A stretch of DNA of 41,121 bases, from positions 71,764-112,884 of the forward strand of contig JAUYIE010000005.1 of the NCBI GenBank assembly GCA_030688365.1. The letters are read 5' to 3'. The notes under the pieces are model-generated. The model had not been told where the DNA came from. It saw only the letters and a list, made by a program, of their open reading frames with translations, and ran no database searches. The first letter of the stretch is position 1. Each line of letters begins with the position of its first letter. Shown in pieces: positions 9,948 through 19,641 of this stretch. Position numbers and translations under genes: made by a program. This stretch comes from a bacterium (GTDB taxonomy: Bacteria > Patescibacteriota > Patescibacteriia > JACQRZ01).

Positions 9948-10880
9948 ATGCGCATTATTTTTTTTGGCACTCCAGCATACTCGGTCGGTTTTCTTCATAG
10001 TTTGATTTCCGCCGGCATGAAACCGATCACTGTTGTGTCCCAACCTGACCGTCCAATAGGTAGAGAAAAAGTAATTGTAGCGACACCTACAAAAGAACTT
10101 GCGCTGGCAAACCATATTCCCGTTTTACAACCCGAAGACGTCAACGATCCAACATTTATTTCAGCGTTAAAACAACTAACACCAGACTTGATCATCGTCG
10201 TCTCTTTTGGACAAATCATTTCTCAAGATGTCATCAATATACCTAAATACGGCTGTATCAATGTTCATCCATCATTATTACCGGCTCTACGGGGTGCCAC
10301 ACCGCTTCAGAGCGCTATTTTGCAGGGTTTATCCGAGACAGGTATCACTATCATGCTTATGGACGAGAAAATGGATCATGGCCCCCTGTTGGCCCAAAAA
10401 CACATTCCTATTTCCATGGATGAAACCTATATTTCGCTTACTGAAAAAACTATAGATCAAGGAAGATCATTGCTTGTGGATACGATTCAAGACTTTGTCG
10501 ATGGAAAAATCACACCCCAAACGCAGGACCACGAAAAAGCGACATTTACAAAAATGTTAAAAAAAGAGACTGGCAAAGTAACCGGTGAAAAATCAATCAC
10601 TGAAGTACGTCGTATGTTGCGCGCGTTGTATCCATGGCCAGGATTGTGGTGTGAATACAACGGCAAACGTATTAAGATACATTCTATTGGTGAAGACACC
10701 ATTACCGATCCACCACACCCTCCTGGCACCCTTTTTACTCTACCTGATTACCCACATTCGTTGTGGTACCAGTTATCAAACGGATCTATTGAACTTGTTA
10801 CCGTGCAACCTGAAGGAAAAAATAACATGTCCGGCGAAGAATTTGCCCGTGGTTATCTACGCCCAGAGTCTCAATTTTAA
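9948..10880 (+). CDS. fmt: methionyl-tRNA formyltransferase
   Basis: MRIIFFGTP, VVSQPDRPIGR, INVHPSLLP..RGATP, MDHGP; follows def. Confidence 0.96.
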   Translation: MRIIFFGTPAYSVGFLHSLISAGMKPITVVSQPDRPIGREKVIVATPTKELALANHIPVLQPEDVNDPTFISALKQLTPDLIIVVSFGQIISQDVINIPKYGCINVHPSLLPALRGATPLQSAILQGLSETGITIMLMDEKMDHGPLLAQKHIPISMDETYISLTEKTIDQGRSLLVDTIQDFVDGKITPQTQDHEKATFTKMLKKETGKVTGEKSITEVRRMLRALYPWPGLWCEYNGKRIKIHSIGEDTITDPPHPPGTLFTLPDYPHSLWYQLSNGSIELVTVQPEGKNNMSGEEFARGYLRPESQF

Positions 10881-11599
10881 ATCGTAGATTTTTTTGGCGC
10901 TTTCCAATAGACCGAACGTTGAAACTTCAGATTGCCGTCTAGTTTTTGAAATTCCTTATTGTGAAAATTATAAATTATTGGCTCTCCCCAATCAAAATCC
11001 AGATTCGGAATATCCTTTGAAGATATATTTTCAATGTATTTTATAATAGCTCGCATGGTGTTTCCATGACTGGCGATGATTATATTTTTTCTTTCTTTTA
11101 ACAATGGGGTTATCCTTTTTCTAAAAAAAGGAATGACGCGACCATACACGTCCTTGAGACTTTCACCCCCAGGTGGACGATCAGTATACCCGCGCCTCCA
11201 TGCCAACACCTTTTTCTTTCCAAATTTTTTACTGGCGACGTCCTTTCTCATACCCTGTAACTCGCCGTAATATCGCTCATTGAGTAAGCTTGTAGCGTTT
11301 ACCAATATCTCATCTCGTGCAATATTATCGGCAAAAAGGAATCGTTTTTTCTTCTTATCAGTAGGATGAAGAAAAATGGCACCCTTTTCCTGTTCCGCAA
11401 GGATAATATTCAGCGTATCTTGCGCGCGCTCCAAGTGAGATGTAAATCCCTGATGAATTGTTAGGTGTTTTAATTTTTTCGCACAGTCCATCGCTTCCTG
11501 CACTCCCTTTTGGCTTAACGTAACGTCAACCCAGCCGGTAAATCTATTTGAAAGATTCCAGCGAGATTGTCCGTGACGCACGAGAATAAGATATGACAT
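10877..11599 (-). CDS. gpmA: 2,3-bisphosphoglycerate-dependent phosphoglycerate mutase
   Basis: LVRHGQSRWN..FTGWVDV, LNERYYGELQG, WRRGY..PPGGESL, SHGN. Convergent with fmt, sharing TTAA stops. Confidence 0.95.
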   Translation of the reverse strand: MSYLILVRHGQSRWNLSNRFTGWVDVTLSQKGVQEAMDCAKKLKHLTIHQGFTSHLERAQDTLNIILAEQEKGAIFLHPTDKKKKRFLFADNIARDEILVNATSLLNERYYGELQGMRKDVASKKFGKKKVLAWRRGYTDRPPGGESLKDVYGRVIPFFRKRITPLLKERKNIIIASHGNTMRAIIKYIENISSKDIPNLDFDWGEPIIYNFHNKEFQKLDGNLKFQRSVYWKAPKKSTI

Positions 11600-11610
11600 A
11601 ATAAAAATTA

Positions 11611-13962
11611 TTATACCATATCATCAAATACTCGTCCTACCATGATAAGATATGCGATACCCAAAGGATGATTAAGATATGGTGTAAAAAAATGCGTAAT
11701 CGCAAGTGCAATAAGTCCCAACCATATCCCCATACGCCATGCATACTGCATACCGTTTTTCTCAATGACGGTATTTTTTATCGCTTTCCATCCTCGATAC
11801 AATATATGAAGAAAAAACAGTGCATAGACAATAAGACCAACAAGACCAAGTTTTAACAAAATATCTAAATATCCCCACTCAAATGCGTATGTCGTATATG
11901 TACCACTTGGATCATTTTCAAGTACGCGTGGATCTTGAGAAATATATGTCAACGTTTTACCAAAACCATATCCGATGAGCGGATTGTGTAGCACTTCTTT
12001 GCTCATAACGGGCAATAGACTCCATCGCGAGCCTACCGCTGCTTCACTTTCAAATCTTTTTTTGACAGAATTGACCCCCACATCAGTTTGAGTTGCAAAA
12101 AAAGGAATTTTTATCACTCCAATGATGATCACAAGCGCAAATAGCCCCATGCAGACCCCTTTACCAATCAATACCGCATATCGTTTCCACGATATTCCTT
12201 TTGCCGCTAACACTGCCAATACGACACCACTGCACACTAACGCGACACCAAGACTACGAGACTGGCTAATAATAATTCCACTTACAATAAGTGATCCTAC
12301 CCATATCGCCCTGCCGGTATACCGTGGCATATAGGGAGACTTTCCTTCTCCACCCCATCGTACATACGCAAGTATACCAAGAAAAAATGGCAACAAATAT
12401 ATCTGACTTTGCAAAAACGTGCGATAGACGTTTTGACTGACAAGAGTGATTTCTCCCACACCCGTATCTCGGACCCAACGATACACTGCCGTCATCAAAT
12501 CTGACCCAATACCTGGATGCGACATCAAGTACACCAGTGATAATGTCTTTGTTATTTGCAAAGCGATAGCAACACATATCAACCGCGCCATTTGTTTATA
12601 ACCTCCTTTATCCGCAAACGTGTCATATAGCACCGGCGCAATGAAAAAATAATACCATGCGTTTGCATCTGCAAAGACTGATGAAACATCATTACGCGCC
12701 CAACCATATAATGTCCCTGCGATAATAATGACCCCCATAGCGACATACCACCAACGGAATACGGATTTTCTCATCGTCAAAAATCCTGCTGGAAAAAACG
12801 TCTTGGTTTGTATTGCAGAATATACATATTTTAAAAACCATGCGAGGCAAATCCCTATGAAAATGATAATACGCACATTGATCGTGTTGTCCCCGATTGA
12901 CCAGGCAAACAAACCGCCTTTTGAGCCAATGATGAGTTCTGCCAACACGACAAGACCTGCATACGGCAAATGATATAGCCCGAGAATTAATGTCAGTGTC
13001 CCCACGATCCAAAACATCATGCTATTTATGGTTGGCACTGACCATCCAACAAACGACAGCACTTCAACACCGGCAATCAGCAAACTTATCCACACCCAAA
13101 ATTGGAGATGTATTTTCCTATACTTGCGTACTGCCAATGACGGCTGATTTTTTAACCATACAAACACAAACCCTACCGGATACATGATAGCAAGCACAAG
13201 CCATGCAAAAAATCCTTTGTGTTTATACATATACGTCTTGCAACTCGCGCTATAATTCCGAAATCGCGAGAGACTAGGGTATTGTGCAAAACTTGATCCC
13301 CCTTCATGTATTATTTCCGCTGATGGCGTATACATAACACGATTATCACTTTCCTTAATACGTGCACAAAGATCCACTTCTTCAAACCAAACAAAGAATT
13401 TTTCATCAAAAAGACCCACCTTTTCCAGCACCGACGCGCGTATCATCATGCATGCACCCATGATTTGCGGGACTTCTTGTTCTTTTTCATAATCAAAATC
13501 ATGCCAAAAATAACGTTGTACGATTGCGAGCTTTGAAAAAACAAATAACAGCTGTGACCAAAATGTCGGCAATCTGCGTACTGACGGTTGTATACTGCCA
13601 TCGGGATTCAGGATCTTCGGCCCGACAACCCCTACATCAGGATGTGTATCCAAATACGCAATCAATGCATCCAGCGTTTCCGACTTGATTTGTGTATCGT
13701 CATTGAGCACCAAGATGTATTCTCCCTTTGCATGACGAATACCCTGGTTGTTGGCGGTACTAAAACCCTTGTTTTCTTCATTAGCGATAAGGTTGACCTG
13801 CGGAAACTCCTGGCGTACCATGTCAACACTGCCATCTGAAGAAGCGTTATCCACAACAATCACTTCAAGCGACTCTTTTGATGGATATGCAAAAAGAGAC
13901 GCGAGGCAATAACGCAAATGTTCCCGTACGTTCCAACTGGCAATCACAATGGAGAGTTTCAT
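11611..13962 (-). CDS. fusion of GT2 (WbbL rhamnosyltransferase-like) and O-antigen ligase/Wzy_C-like polytopic membrane domain
   Basis: About aa 1-250: SIVIASWN, VVDNASSDGS, NKGFSTANNQG, GACMMIR, FDEKFFVWFEEVDLC. Remainder: many TM helices with SQSRS, SRW..HNPLIGYGFG, GYLDILLKLGLVGL. Confidence 0.85.
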   Translation of the reverse strand: MKLSIVIASWNVREHLRYCLASLFAYPSKESLEVIVVDNASSDGSVDMVRQEFPQVNLIANEENKGFSTANNQGIRHAKGEYILVLNDDTQIKSETLDALIAYLDTHPDVGVVGPKILNPDGSIQPSVRRLPTFWSQLLFVFSKLAIVQRYFWHDFDYEKEQEVPQIMGACMMIRASVLEKVGLFDEKFFVWFEEVDLCARIKESDNRVMYTPSAEIIHEGGSSFAQYPSLSRFRNYSASCKTYMYKHKGFFAWLVLAIMYPVGFVFVWLKNQPSLAVRKYRKIHLQFWVWISLLIAGVEVLSFVGWSVPTINSMMFWIVGTLTLILGLYHLPYAGLVVLAELIIGSKGGLFAWSIGDNTINVRIIIFIGICLAWFLKYVYSAIQTKTFFPAGFLTMRKSVFRWWYVAMGVIIIAGTLYGWARNDVSSVFADANAWYYFFIAPVLYDTFADKGGYKQMARLICVAIALQITKTLSLVYLMSHPGIGSDLMTAVYRWVRDTGVGEITLVSQNVYRTFLQSQIYLLPFFLGILAYVRWGGEGKSPYMPRYTGRAIWVGSLIVSGIIISQSRSLGVALVCSGVVLAVLAAKGISWKRYAVLIGKGVCMGLFALVIIIGVIKIPFFATQTDVGVNSVKKRFESEAAVGSRWSLLPVMSKEVLHNPLIGYGFGKTLTYISQDPRVLENDPSGTYTTYAFEWGYLDILLKLGLVGLIVYALFFLHILYRGWKAIKNTVIEKNGMQYAWRMGIWLGLIALAITHFFTPYLNHPLGIAYLIMVGRVFDDMV

Positions 13963-13971
13963 ATACTGGCA

Positions 13972-14000
13972 ATCCTACGGTATTTGAGCGGTTTTGTAAA
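13972..14000 (-). promoter_or_regulatory. promoter, near-leaderless
   Basis: Minus strand TTTACA-17 nt-TAGGAT, 9 nt before ATG 13962. Confidence 0.5.
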
Positions 14001-14059
14001 TAAACAAATAAGCTTACCGGAAGGATCTTAGTGTCCCGCGTGATAAGCTTTAAAATTTT

Positions 14060-14272
14060 TTAAGTTAGACGGCCATGACGATCGAATGAATGCCTAACGA
14101 ATCTTTCTTTATTCTTTTTTTCACTGTTATCAGCATCTTCGCTGACAAAAGTAGTAGACTTGCTCAAATTTTTACTAATCCGTAGGTCATTTTGGGCAAT
14201 TATATCCCTTAACTCCTCATCGGTGAGCGGGCGATACTCATAAACTTTTTTAAAATTTGCTGTTTTTTTCAT
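14060..14272 (-). CDS. small hypothetical protein (70 aa)
   Basis: Fills an intergenic gap; GGAGGT Shine-Dalgarno 4 nt before ATG; own promoter TTGACA(14338-14333)-16-TAGTAT(14316-14311). Confidence 0.6.
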   Translation of the reverse strand: MKKTANFKKVYEYRPLTDEELRDIIAQNDLRISKNLSKSTTFVSEDADNSEKKNKERFVRHSFDRHGRLT

Positions 14273-14362
14273 TCTTACCTCCCGGTAAAATAAAAATAAA
14301 TATCTTGACTATACTACCACGATAAAGTATTTTGTCAAGTGGATAATAGACGAATAAAAAAT

Positions 14363-14998
14363 ATGAAAGAAAATGGCCTCTATCTCATAAATAAACCCGC
14401 TGGCTCCACATCTCACGATATGGTATCAAAAGCGCGTCGTATCACTGGTGAACGGCGCATCGGACATGCAGGCACGCTTGATCCTTTTGCTCAAGGATTG
14501 CTTATTATTCTTGTCGGACGAGAATGGACCAAGCGCCAGTCAGAATTTTTGCACATGGATAAAACGTATGAAGCGACACTCATTCTCGGTGCAACCAGTG
14601 ACACTGAAGATTGCACAGGGATTATCACACCACAAGAATGTAATCCCCTCTCTCTGCATGACATCCAAAACGTGTGTGCATCTTTTATGAAAACATACGA
14701 TCAAATGCCGTCCTCTTTTTCCGCAAAAAAAATTAACGGACAAAAAGCGTACGATCTCGCCCGTAAAGGAATCGTCCCAAATCTAAAAACACAATCTATT
14801 ACTATTCATTCACTTGAAATATTAGACTACACATGGCCAAACCTCACTGTCCGCGTTCATGTATCAAGCGGTACATACATACGCGCACTCGCACGTGATA
14901 TCGGTAATGAGCTTGGTTGTGGCGCATACGTAGAAAACCTCAAACGTACTTCCATAGGACCATACAAACTAGGGGATGCAATGCAAATAGATATATAA
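14363..14998 (+). CDS. truB: tRNA pseudouridine(55) synthase, short form without C-terminal PUA domain
   Basis: NKPAGSTSHD, IGHAGTLDPFAQG, SAKKING..AYDLAR, SSGTYIRALARDIG. Confidence 0.96.
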   Translation: MKENGLYLINKPAGSTSHDMVSKARRITGERRIGHAGTLDPFAQGLLIILVGREWTKRQSEFLHMDKTYEATLILGATSDTEDCTGIITPQECNPLSLHDIQNVCASFMKTYDQMPSSFSAKKINGQKAYDLARKGIVPNLKTQSITIHSLEILDYTWPNLTVRVHVSSGTYIRALARDIGNELGCGAYVENLKRTSIGPYKLGDAMQIDI

Positions 14999-15010
14999 AA
15001 TCCCCCAACG

Positions 15011-15709
15011 TTATAACTTGTGTTTCTTTTGTATCACCTTCATCGCCGTCTCATACTTTTCAATCGCTTTGATGTGTATACCAAACTTTTTCCATGGTAT
15101 TTTATACATAATTTTTGGCATCCATGTACTGATTCCTGTTCCCGCTTTACGTTGCACTATTGTAGCAAGTACATCATCTACAAAATATCCTGTATGACCT
15201 TGCTCTAACATCGTCAACCATAAATCCCAATCCTGAAATTTTTTGATAGATTCATCAAACCCGGGAAACTGCTCTCGTCGAATCAATGCAGAGGTGTGTA
15301 TATATGGTTGACGGCGTAAAAAATCAGCATCAAATGGCCGTCCGGGAAACAACTTCACACCCCAATAGAATGAATAATATGCATACGAAGCGTCAGGATG
15401 AGTCTCCAGCGCGCTTACGAGAGTGGAAAAGGCGTGAGGCGCAAACTCTTGATCGTCATCCGCAAACATCAGATATGCACCCTTACTATGTCTAAAACCC
15501 AGATTACGTGCCACAGGCGCACCTTTATTTTCTTGTTTAAAATAATGAATCCTATCCCAATATGGCGCCAGGATGTTTTCTGTATCATCTGTACAACCGT
15601 CATTGACCACAATAACCTCAATCTCCTTATAATTTTGTGTAAAAATAGCGTCCAATGTTTTTGGAAGCTGATCGGCTCTATTGTACGTTGGAATAATAAC
15701 AGAAATCAT
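15011..15709 (-). CDS. glycosyltransferase family 2
   Basis: ISVIIPTYN, VVNDGCTD, GAPVARN, FADDD, FDE..QDWDLW. Confidence 0.92.
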   Translation of the reverse strand: MISVIIPTYNRADQLPKTLDAIFTQNYKEIEVIVVNDGCTDDTENILAPYWDRIHYFKQENKGAPVARNLGFRHSKGAYLMFADDDQEFAPHAFSTLVSALETHPDASYAYYSFYWGVKLFPGRPFDADFLRRQPYIHTSALIRREQFPGFDESIKKFQDWDLWLTMLEQGHTGYFVDDVLATIVQRKAGTGISTWMPKIMYKIPWKKFGIHIKAIEKYETAMKVIQKKHKL

Positions 15710-16818
15710 AGCTTCACTCTATCAATCACATTGATAAGATTACGCGCCTGGATGTTCCAAGAAAAATCACGTAACACTCTTTCTTTACCGTATCGTCCCA
15801 ATACATGTGCATACTCTGGATCATCAAACAATCGCACAATCGCCTGTGAAATAGACGATACTTCTCCTTGTCGCACAACAATACCACTCTGACCATCTAT
15901 CACCGCCTCCTCCACGCCCCCTGTTGCGGTTGCGATGACAGGTAGTGCAAATGCATTTGCTTCCAAATAAACAATACCAAACCCTTCCACATCTCCTGCG
16001 ATATCCACAGGAGTCATCACAAATACGTCGGCCTGACCATACCATGCCCGTACTTCCTGATCAGGAAGTGCCCCCATAAATCGTACAGAAGTTTCCAGTC
16101 CCAATTCTTTCACCAGTGAATGTAATGTTTGTTGATACGGTCCGTCTCCAACAATCACATAGTGCGTATCAGGGTATTTTTTTAAAACTTCGGGAAGTGC
16201 TTGGATGACATACTCATGTCCTTTGCGAGGAACGAGCCGGCACACAGTCAGCAATGTATGTCCTGTCTTATATTGTGTACTCTGTGACGATGTAGCCGTT
16301 GGAGTATTCACTGGGCAAGGGTAGACATATGAGATACGCGACGTAGATACATCCAATGACTCCAATGCGTTTGCCGTGTAATGACTATTGACGATAACAG
16401 CTGATGCTCGCGACAAAATAGATTTCATCAACCAACGTTTTCGTGTAGATTTCTGGTGCACGATATCCATACCATGACAAGAGACAACGTATGGCAATTT
16501 CATAAAAAATGAGAGGATCCATACCGCGGTTCCTACTGGTAAAATCTGACCGACGATGACAACATCAGGTTTTTGAGTCTTGATCACACGCAATAAATTT
16601 ATTATTAAAACCACCCACGCAGGTCTAAAAACACGCGACAAAAATGGCAAGCGGACGATTGGATATGAGGTAGACATTTCTTGTACTCCCGCCGGTAACG
16701 GTGGAGCCATCACAACAAAATCAGAAGATCCAATCGCATGTGCTAACTTCATCCAATAATATGAAACGCCACCCACGGATGGGAAAAAATCAAACGTTAT
16801 GAGGAGAGTTTTTTTCAT
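15706..16818 (-). CDS. glycosyltransferase family 4 (PimB-like GT-B)
   Basis: Start MKKTLLITFDFFPSVGG (ATG 16818); CRLVPRKG, IVGDGP, EGFGIVYLEA. ATGA overlap with the next gene. Confidence 0.92.
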   Translation of the reverse strand: MKKTLLITFDFFPSVGGVSYYWMKLAHAIGSSDFVVMAPPLPAGVQEMSTSYPIVRLPFLSRVFRPAWVVLIINLLRVIKTQKPDVVIVGQILPVGTAVWILSFFMKLPYVVSCHGMDIVHQKSTRKRWLMKSILSRASAVIVNSHYTANALESLDVSTSRISYVYPCPVNTPTATSSQSTQYKTGHTLLTVCRLVPRKGHEYVIQALPEVLKKYPDTHYVIVGDGPYQQTLHSLVKELGLETSVRFMGALPDQEVRAWYGQADVFVMTPVDIAGDVEGFGIVYLEANAFALPVIATATGGVEEAVIDGQSGIVVRQGEVSSISQAIVRLFDDPEYAHVLGRYGKERVLRDFSWNIQARNLINVIDRVKL

Positions 16819-18337
16819 AAGCAAGAGGTTCATCTTTCTGTAATATTGAATGCGTAACGTCTCGTATTTGACGCAATGTGATACCACGAAGTAATAATAG
16901 CAACAAACCATATACCATAGCACCAACCATGATACTTCCCAGTGCATGCATAATAGATACCACTTCCTGTTTATTTATAATGTGTGAAAGAACATACTGA
17001 TTGATTACACTCCCATATAACCGTTCAATACCAAGGATAACACCCGCCATGCCGGCCGATGCAATCAACATTTTTATAAACGAAGACAATAAAAATTTTA
17101 TACGACTTCTCCATAACTTCCATGTAAAAATTACGCTCACCACCAAAATAAAGGTATAGGTAAAAGCTGATGTCCACGCCGCTCCGACTTCCTGATAACG
17201 AGGAATCAATATCAGGTTTAACATTACATTTAAGACAGCGGCAACAGCCATTATAATACCATTTTGTTTCTGTCGATTGCTCGCTGCTTGTAATGATCCA
17301 AGGGGGAAAATAAGAAATGCACTTACTAATGCGATAGATAAGATTTGCAATACAGGTACTGATTGTACATATTCACTCCCCCCTATGATAGAAATAAAAT
17401 ACGGTGCTAAAACTGCCAATCCAACACCGATAGGAATCACCAACAACATCAAATAATAGGTTGCCATAGCATACGTGCGTCCCATCTGATGTTTATCGGT
17501 TTCAAACTGCGCACTCATTGGCGCATATACCGCTGCTGCCATTGCAGCCGGGATAAATTGAAGAGCTAATACGATTTTATTCGCGGCAGAATACCATCCC
17601 GCATGTGCATCGCCTGCCATGCGAGCAAGTAAATTGATATCAATGTTCGTATATATACGAGATGCAATAACACCGACTGCAAACGGCGCTGACCAGATCA
17701 AGATCTGTCGCATGATGACATGTTGATATGACAAACTAACATAAATGTTCGCCTTCTTTCGCAGTAGTATTACAGCATAGAAAAAATTAAATACACTTGA
17801 TAATACAATCGCGACAATCAATAAATATAGAGGCCCATGCAACAACGCTACTGTTGTACCCATCCCAACCATAATACCAGTAACAATCAATACGCTGCTA
17901 GATTCAAACTGTAGACGTTGAAGACCCCGAAATACTGCCCAACAAGGTGTGGCAAGCATATCAAACCAAGAAGCGATTCCAGCCAGTGCAACCAATAATA
18001 TAATATGAGATGAGTCGCCTATACCCCACAAGACTAGTAGTGTAGCACCATAGACTATCAGTCCGACAACCATGCGGAAAAGAAGCGCTTGCCCCAAAAG
18101 AATATTTGCTTTCTCCGGATGACGTGCAACTTCGCGAGTGAGCACTGATGAAATACCCAAATCAACTGCAACAGCAAACAATGCAGTAAACGCTAATGCG
18201 GCGCTATACTGCCCTTGTCCTGCCGGCCCGTACATGCGAGCAACAATGATAAAATACCCTAAGGTGAGGGCTTTTTGTATGATATACGCCATCGTCAGAT
18301 ATGACGTATTTTTTGTAAGTCGCTGATGTGCGGCCAT
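16790..18337 (-). CDS. Wzx/MOP-family polysaccharide flippase
   Basis: LTKNTSYL, DLGISSVLTREVAR, IYTNIDI..AGWYSAA, LNLILIPRY..GAAW; roughly 12-14 TM segments. Confidence 0.9.
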   Translation of the reverse strand: MAAHQRLTKNTSYLTMAYIIQKALTLGYFIIVARMYGPAGQGQYSAALAFTALFAVAVDLGISSVLTREVARHPEKANILLGQALLFRMVVGLIVYGATLLVLWGIGDSSHIILLVALAGIASWFDMLATPCWAVFRGLQRLQFESSSVLIVTGIMVGMGTTVALLHGPLYLLIVAIVLSSVFNFFYAVILLRKKANIYVSLSYQHVIMRQILIWSAPFAVGVIASRIYTNIDINLLARMAGDAHAGWYSAANKIVLALQFIPAAMAAAVYAPMSAQFETDKHQMGRTYAMATYYLMLLVIPIGVGLAVLAPYFISIIGGSEYVQSVPVLQILSIALVSAFLIFPLGSLQAASNRQKQNGIIMAVAAVLNVMLNLILIPRYQEVGAAWTSAFTYTFILVVSVIFTWKLWRSRIKFLLSSFIKMLIASAGMAGVILGIERLYGSVINQYVLSHIINKQEVVSIMHALGSIMVGAMVYGLLLLLLRGITLRQIRDVTHSILQKDEPLAYEKNSPHNV

Positions 18338-18400
18338 ATGAAGGATCAAAGTACCCTCTGCCCACTGACAGAAAGGAAAAACCTCATAAACAATAAAGGT

Positions 18401-18865
18401 TTAACGCTTTGAAAATTGCGGTGCGCGACGTGCGCGAAGCAATCCCGGCTTTTTTCTCTCTTTCACACGCGGATCTCGAGTCAAAAATCCTTCAGATCGA
18501 AGTGTTTTTCTAAAATCAGGGTTATATTCCAAAAGTGCGCGTGAAATACCGTGTCGTACTGCTTGAGATTGCCCGTGAATACCGCCACCTTGAACTTTGA
18601 CTGCCACAGCCATGATTTCCTTTGTACTGGTTATATCCAACGGCGCGTTAACAAATGACTGCATTTCAAATGTGGGAAAATATATTGCAAGTTCCTTACC
18701 GTTTATACTGATGTCTCCATGGGATCCTCGCTGTAAACGGACACGCGCTACTGCTGATTTTCTACGACCGACAGCAGTATATACATCACCGGCCATCACA
18801 GAAACCGCCGAATCATTTTCTTCGGTGGCAACTTTTTTAACTGTTTTTTTCTTTGCCGTTGGCAT
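18401..18865 (-). CDS. rpsI: 30S ribosomal protein S9
   Basis: AVGRRKSAVARV, GGGIHGQ, LTRDPRVKERKKPG..PQFSKR. Confidence 0.98.
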   Translation of the reverse strand: MPTAKKKTVKKVATEENDSAVSVMAGDVYTAVGRRKSAVARVRLQRGSHGDISINGKELAIYFPTFEMQSFVNAPLDITSTKEIMAVAVKVQGGGIHGQSQAVRHGISRALLEYNPDFRKTLRSEGFLTRDPRVKERKKPGLLRARRAPQFSKR

Positions 18866-18874
18866 ATCGTAAAA

Positions 18875-19246
18875 TTATACTTCAAGTGTAAGACGTTTTA
18901 ACATTGAGTTCCGCAATTTAGTCCTTGGTAACATACGACTGATAGCCATTTGCAATACTTGCGTTGGATTACGTCGTACTACTGCTGCCATATTTTCCGT
19001 TTTCAAACCACCAGGATGCCATGAGTGATGATGATACAGTTTGTCATTCATCTTTTTCCCCGTCACTTTGATCTTTCCTGCGTTAATTATTTTTACAAAA
19101 TCTCCCTCGTCAAGATGCATCTCAAACGTAGGTTTGTGTTTACCACGAAGCAACACGGCGACGCGTGAAGCAAGACGACCGAGGACTTGTCCTTCAGCGT
19201 CAATCACGTGTATTTTTCGTATCGTATTTTTTCTTGAAGGAATCAT
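18875..19246 (-). CDS. rplM: 50S ribosomal protein L13
   Basis: [39 protein letters not shown]. Confidence 0.97.
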   Translation of the reverse strand: MIPSRKNTIRKIHVIDAEGQVLGRLASRVAVLLRGKHKPTFEMHLDEGDFVKIINAGKIKVTGKKMNDKLYHHHSWHPGGLKTENMAAVVRRNPTQVLQMAISRMLPRTKLRNSMLKRLTLEV

Positions 19247-19248
19247 AT

Positions 19249-19599
19249 TTATACAAATTCAATGTGCGCCATTTGAGCACCGTCGCCCTCGCGCGCACCT
19301 GTTTTGGTAATACGCGTATACCCACCAGCACGTTCCTTATATCGTGGACCGAGCACCTCTAACAATTTTTTCACTGCATTTGGCATGGAGACATATCGCA
19401 TGAGTTGACGACGCGCAGCAAGATCATTGGGACGTGATTTTGTCACCAAACGTTCAACATATGATCGAATAACCTTTGCTTTTGCTTCTGTCGTCTTCAT
19501 TTTTTCGTGTAATATAAGTTGCGCTGCCATGGTTTTGAGCATTGCAGTACGGGGCGCCTTTTTGCGATCTAAAATTTTCGTCTTATTTCGGTGTCTCAT
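19249..19599 (-). CDS. rplQ: 50S ribosomal protein L17
   Basis: [32 protein letters not shown]. Confidence 0.98.
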   Translation of the reverse strand: MRHRNKTKILDRKKAPRTAMLKTMAAQLILHEKMKTTEAKAKVIRSYVERLVTKSRPNDLAARRQLMRYVSMPNAVKKLLEVLGPRYKERAGGYTRITKTGAREGDGAQMAHIEFV

Positions 19600-19608
19600 A
19601 ATGTGGCG

Positions 19609-19637
19609 ATATTAACATGCTTTACACAGGTTGTCCA
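19609..19637 (-). promoter_or_regulatory. internal promoter for rplQ-rplM-rpsI, near-leaderless
   Basis: TGGACA-17 nt-TAATAT with TGn extension, 9 nt before the rplQ ATG. Confidence 0.5.
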
Positions 19638-19641
19638 GTCA

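Noticed and set aside
14014-14288. TTACCGGAAGG / TTACCGGGAGG inverted pair flanking the 70-aa ORF as MITE or IS ends
   Set aside because: Only 10 of 11 nt match, there is no target duplication or transposase, and the right copy is explained by the SD hairpin.
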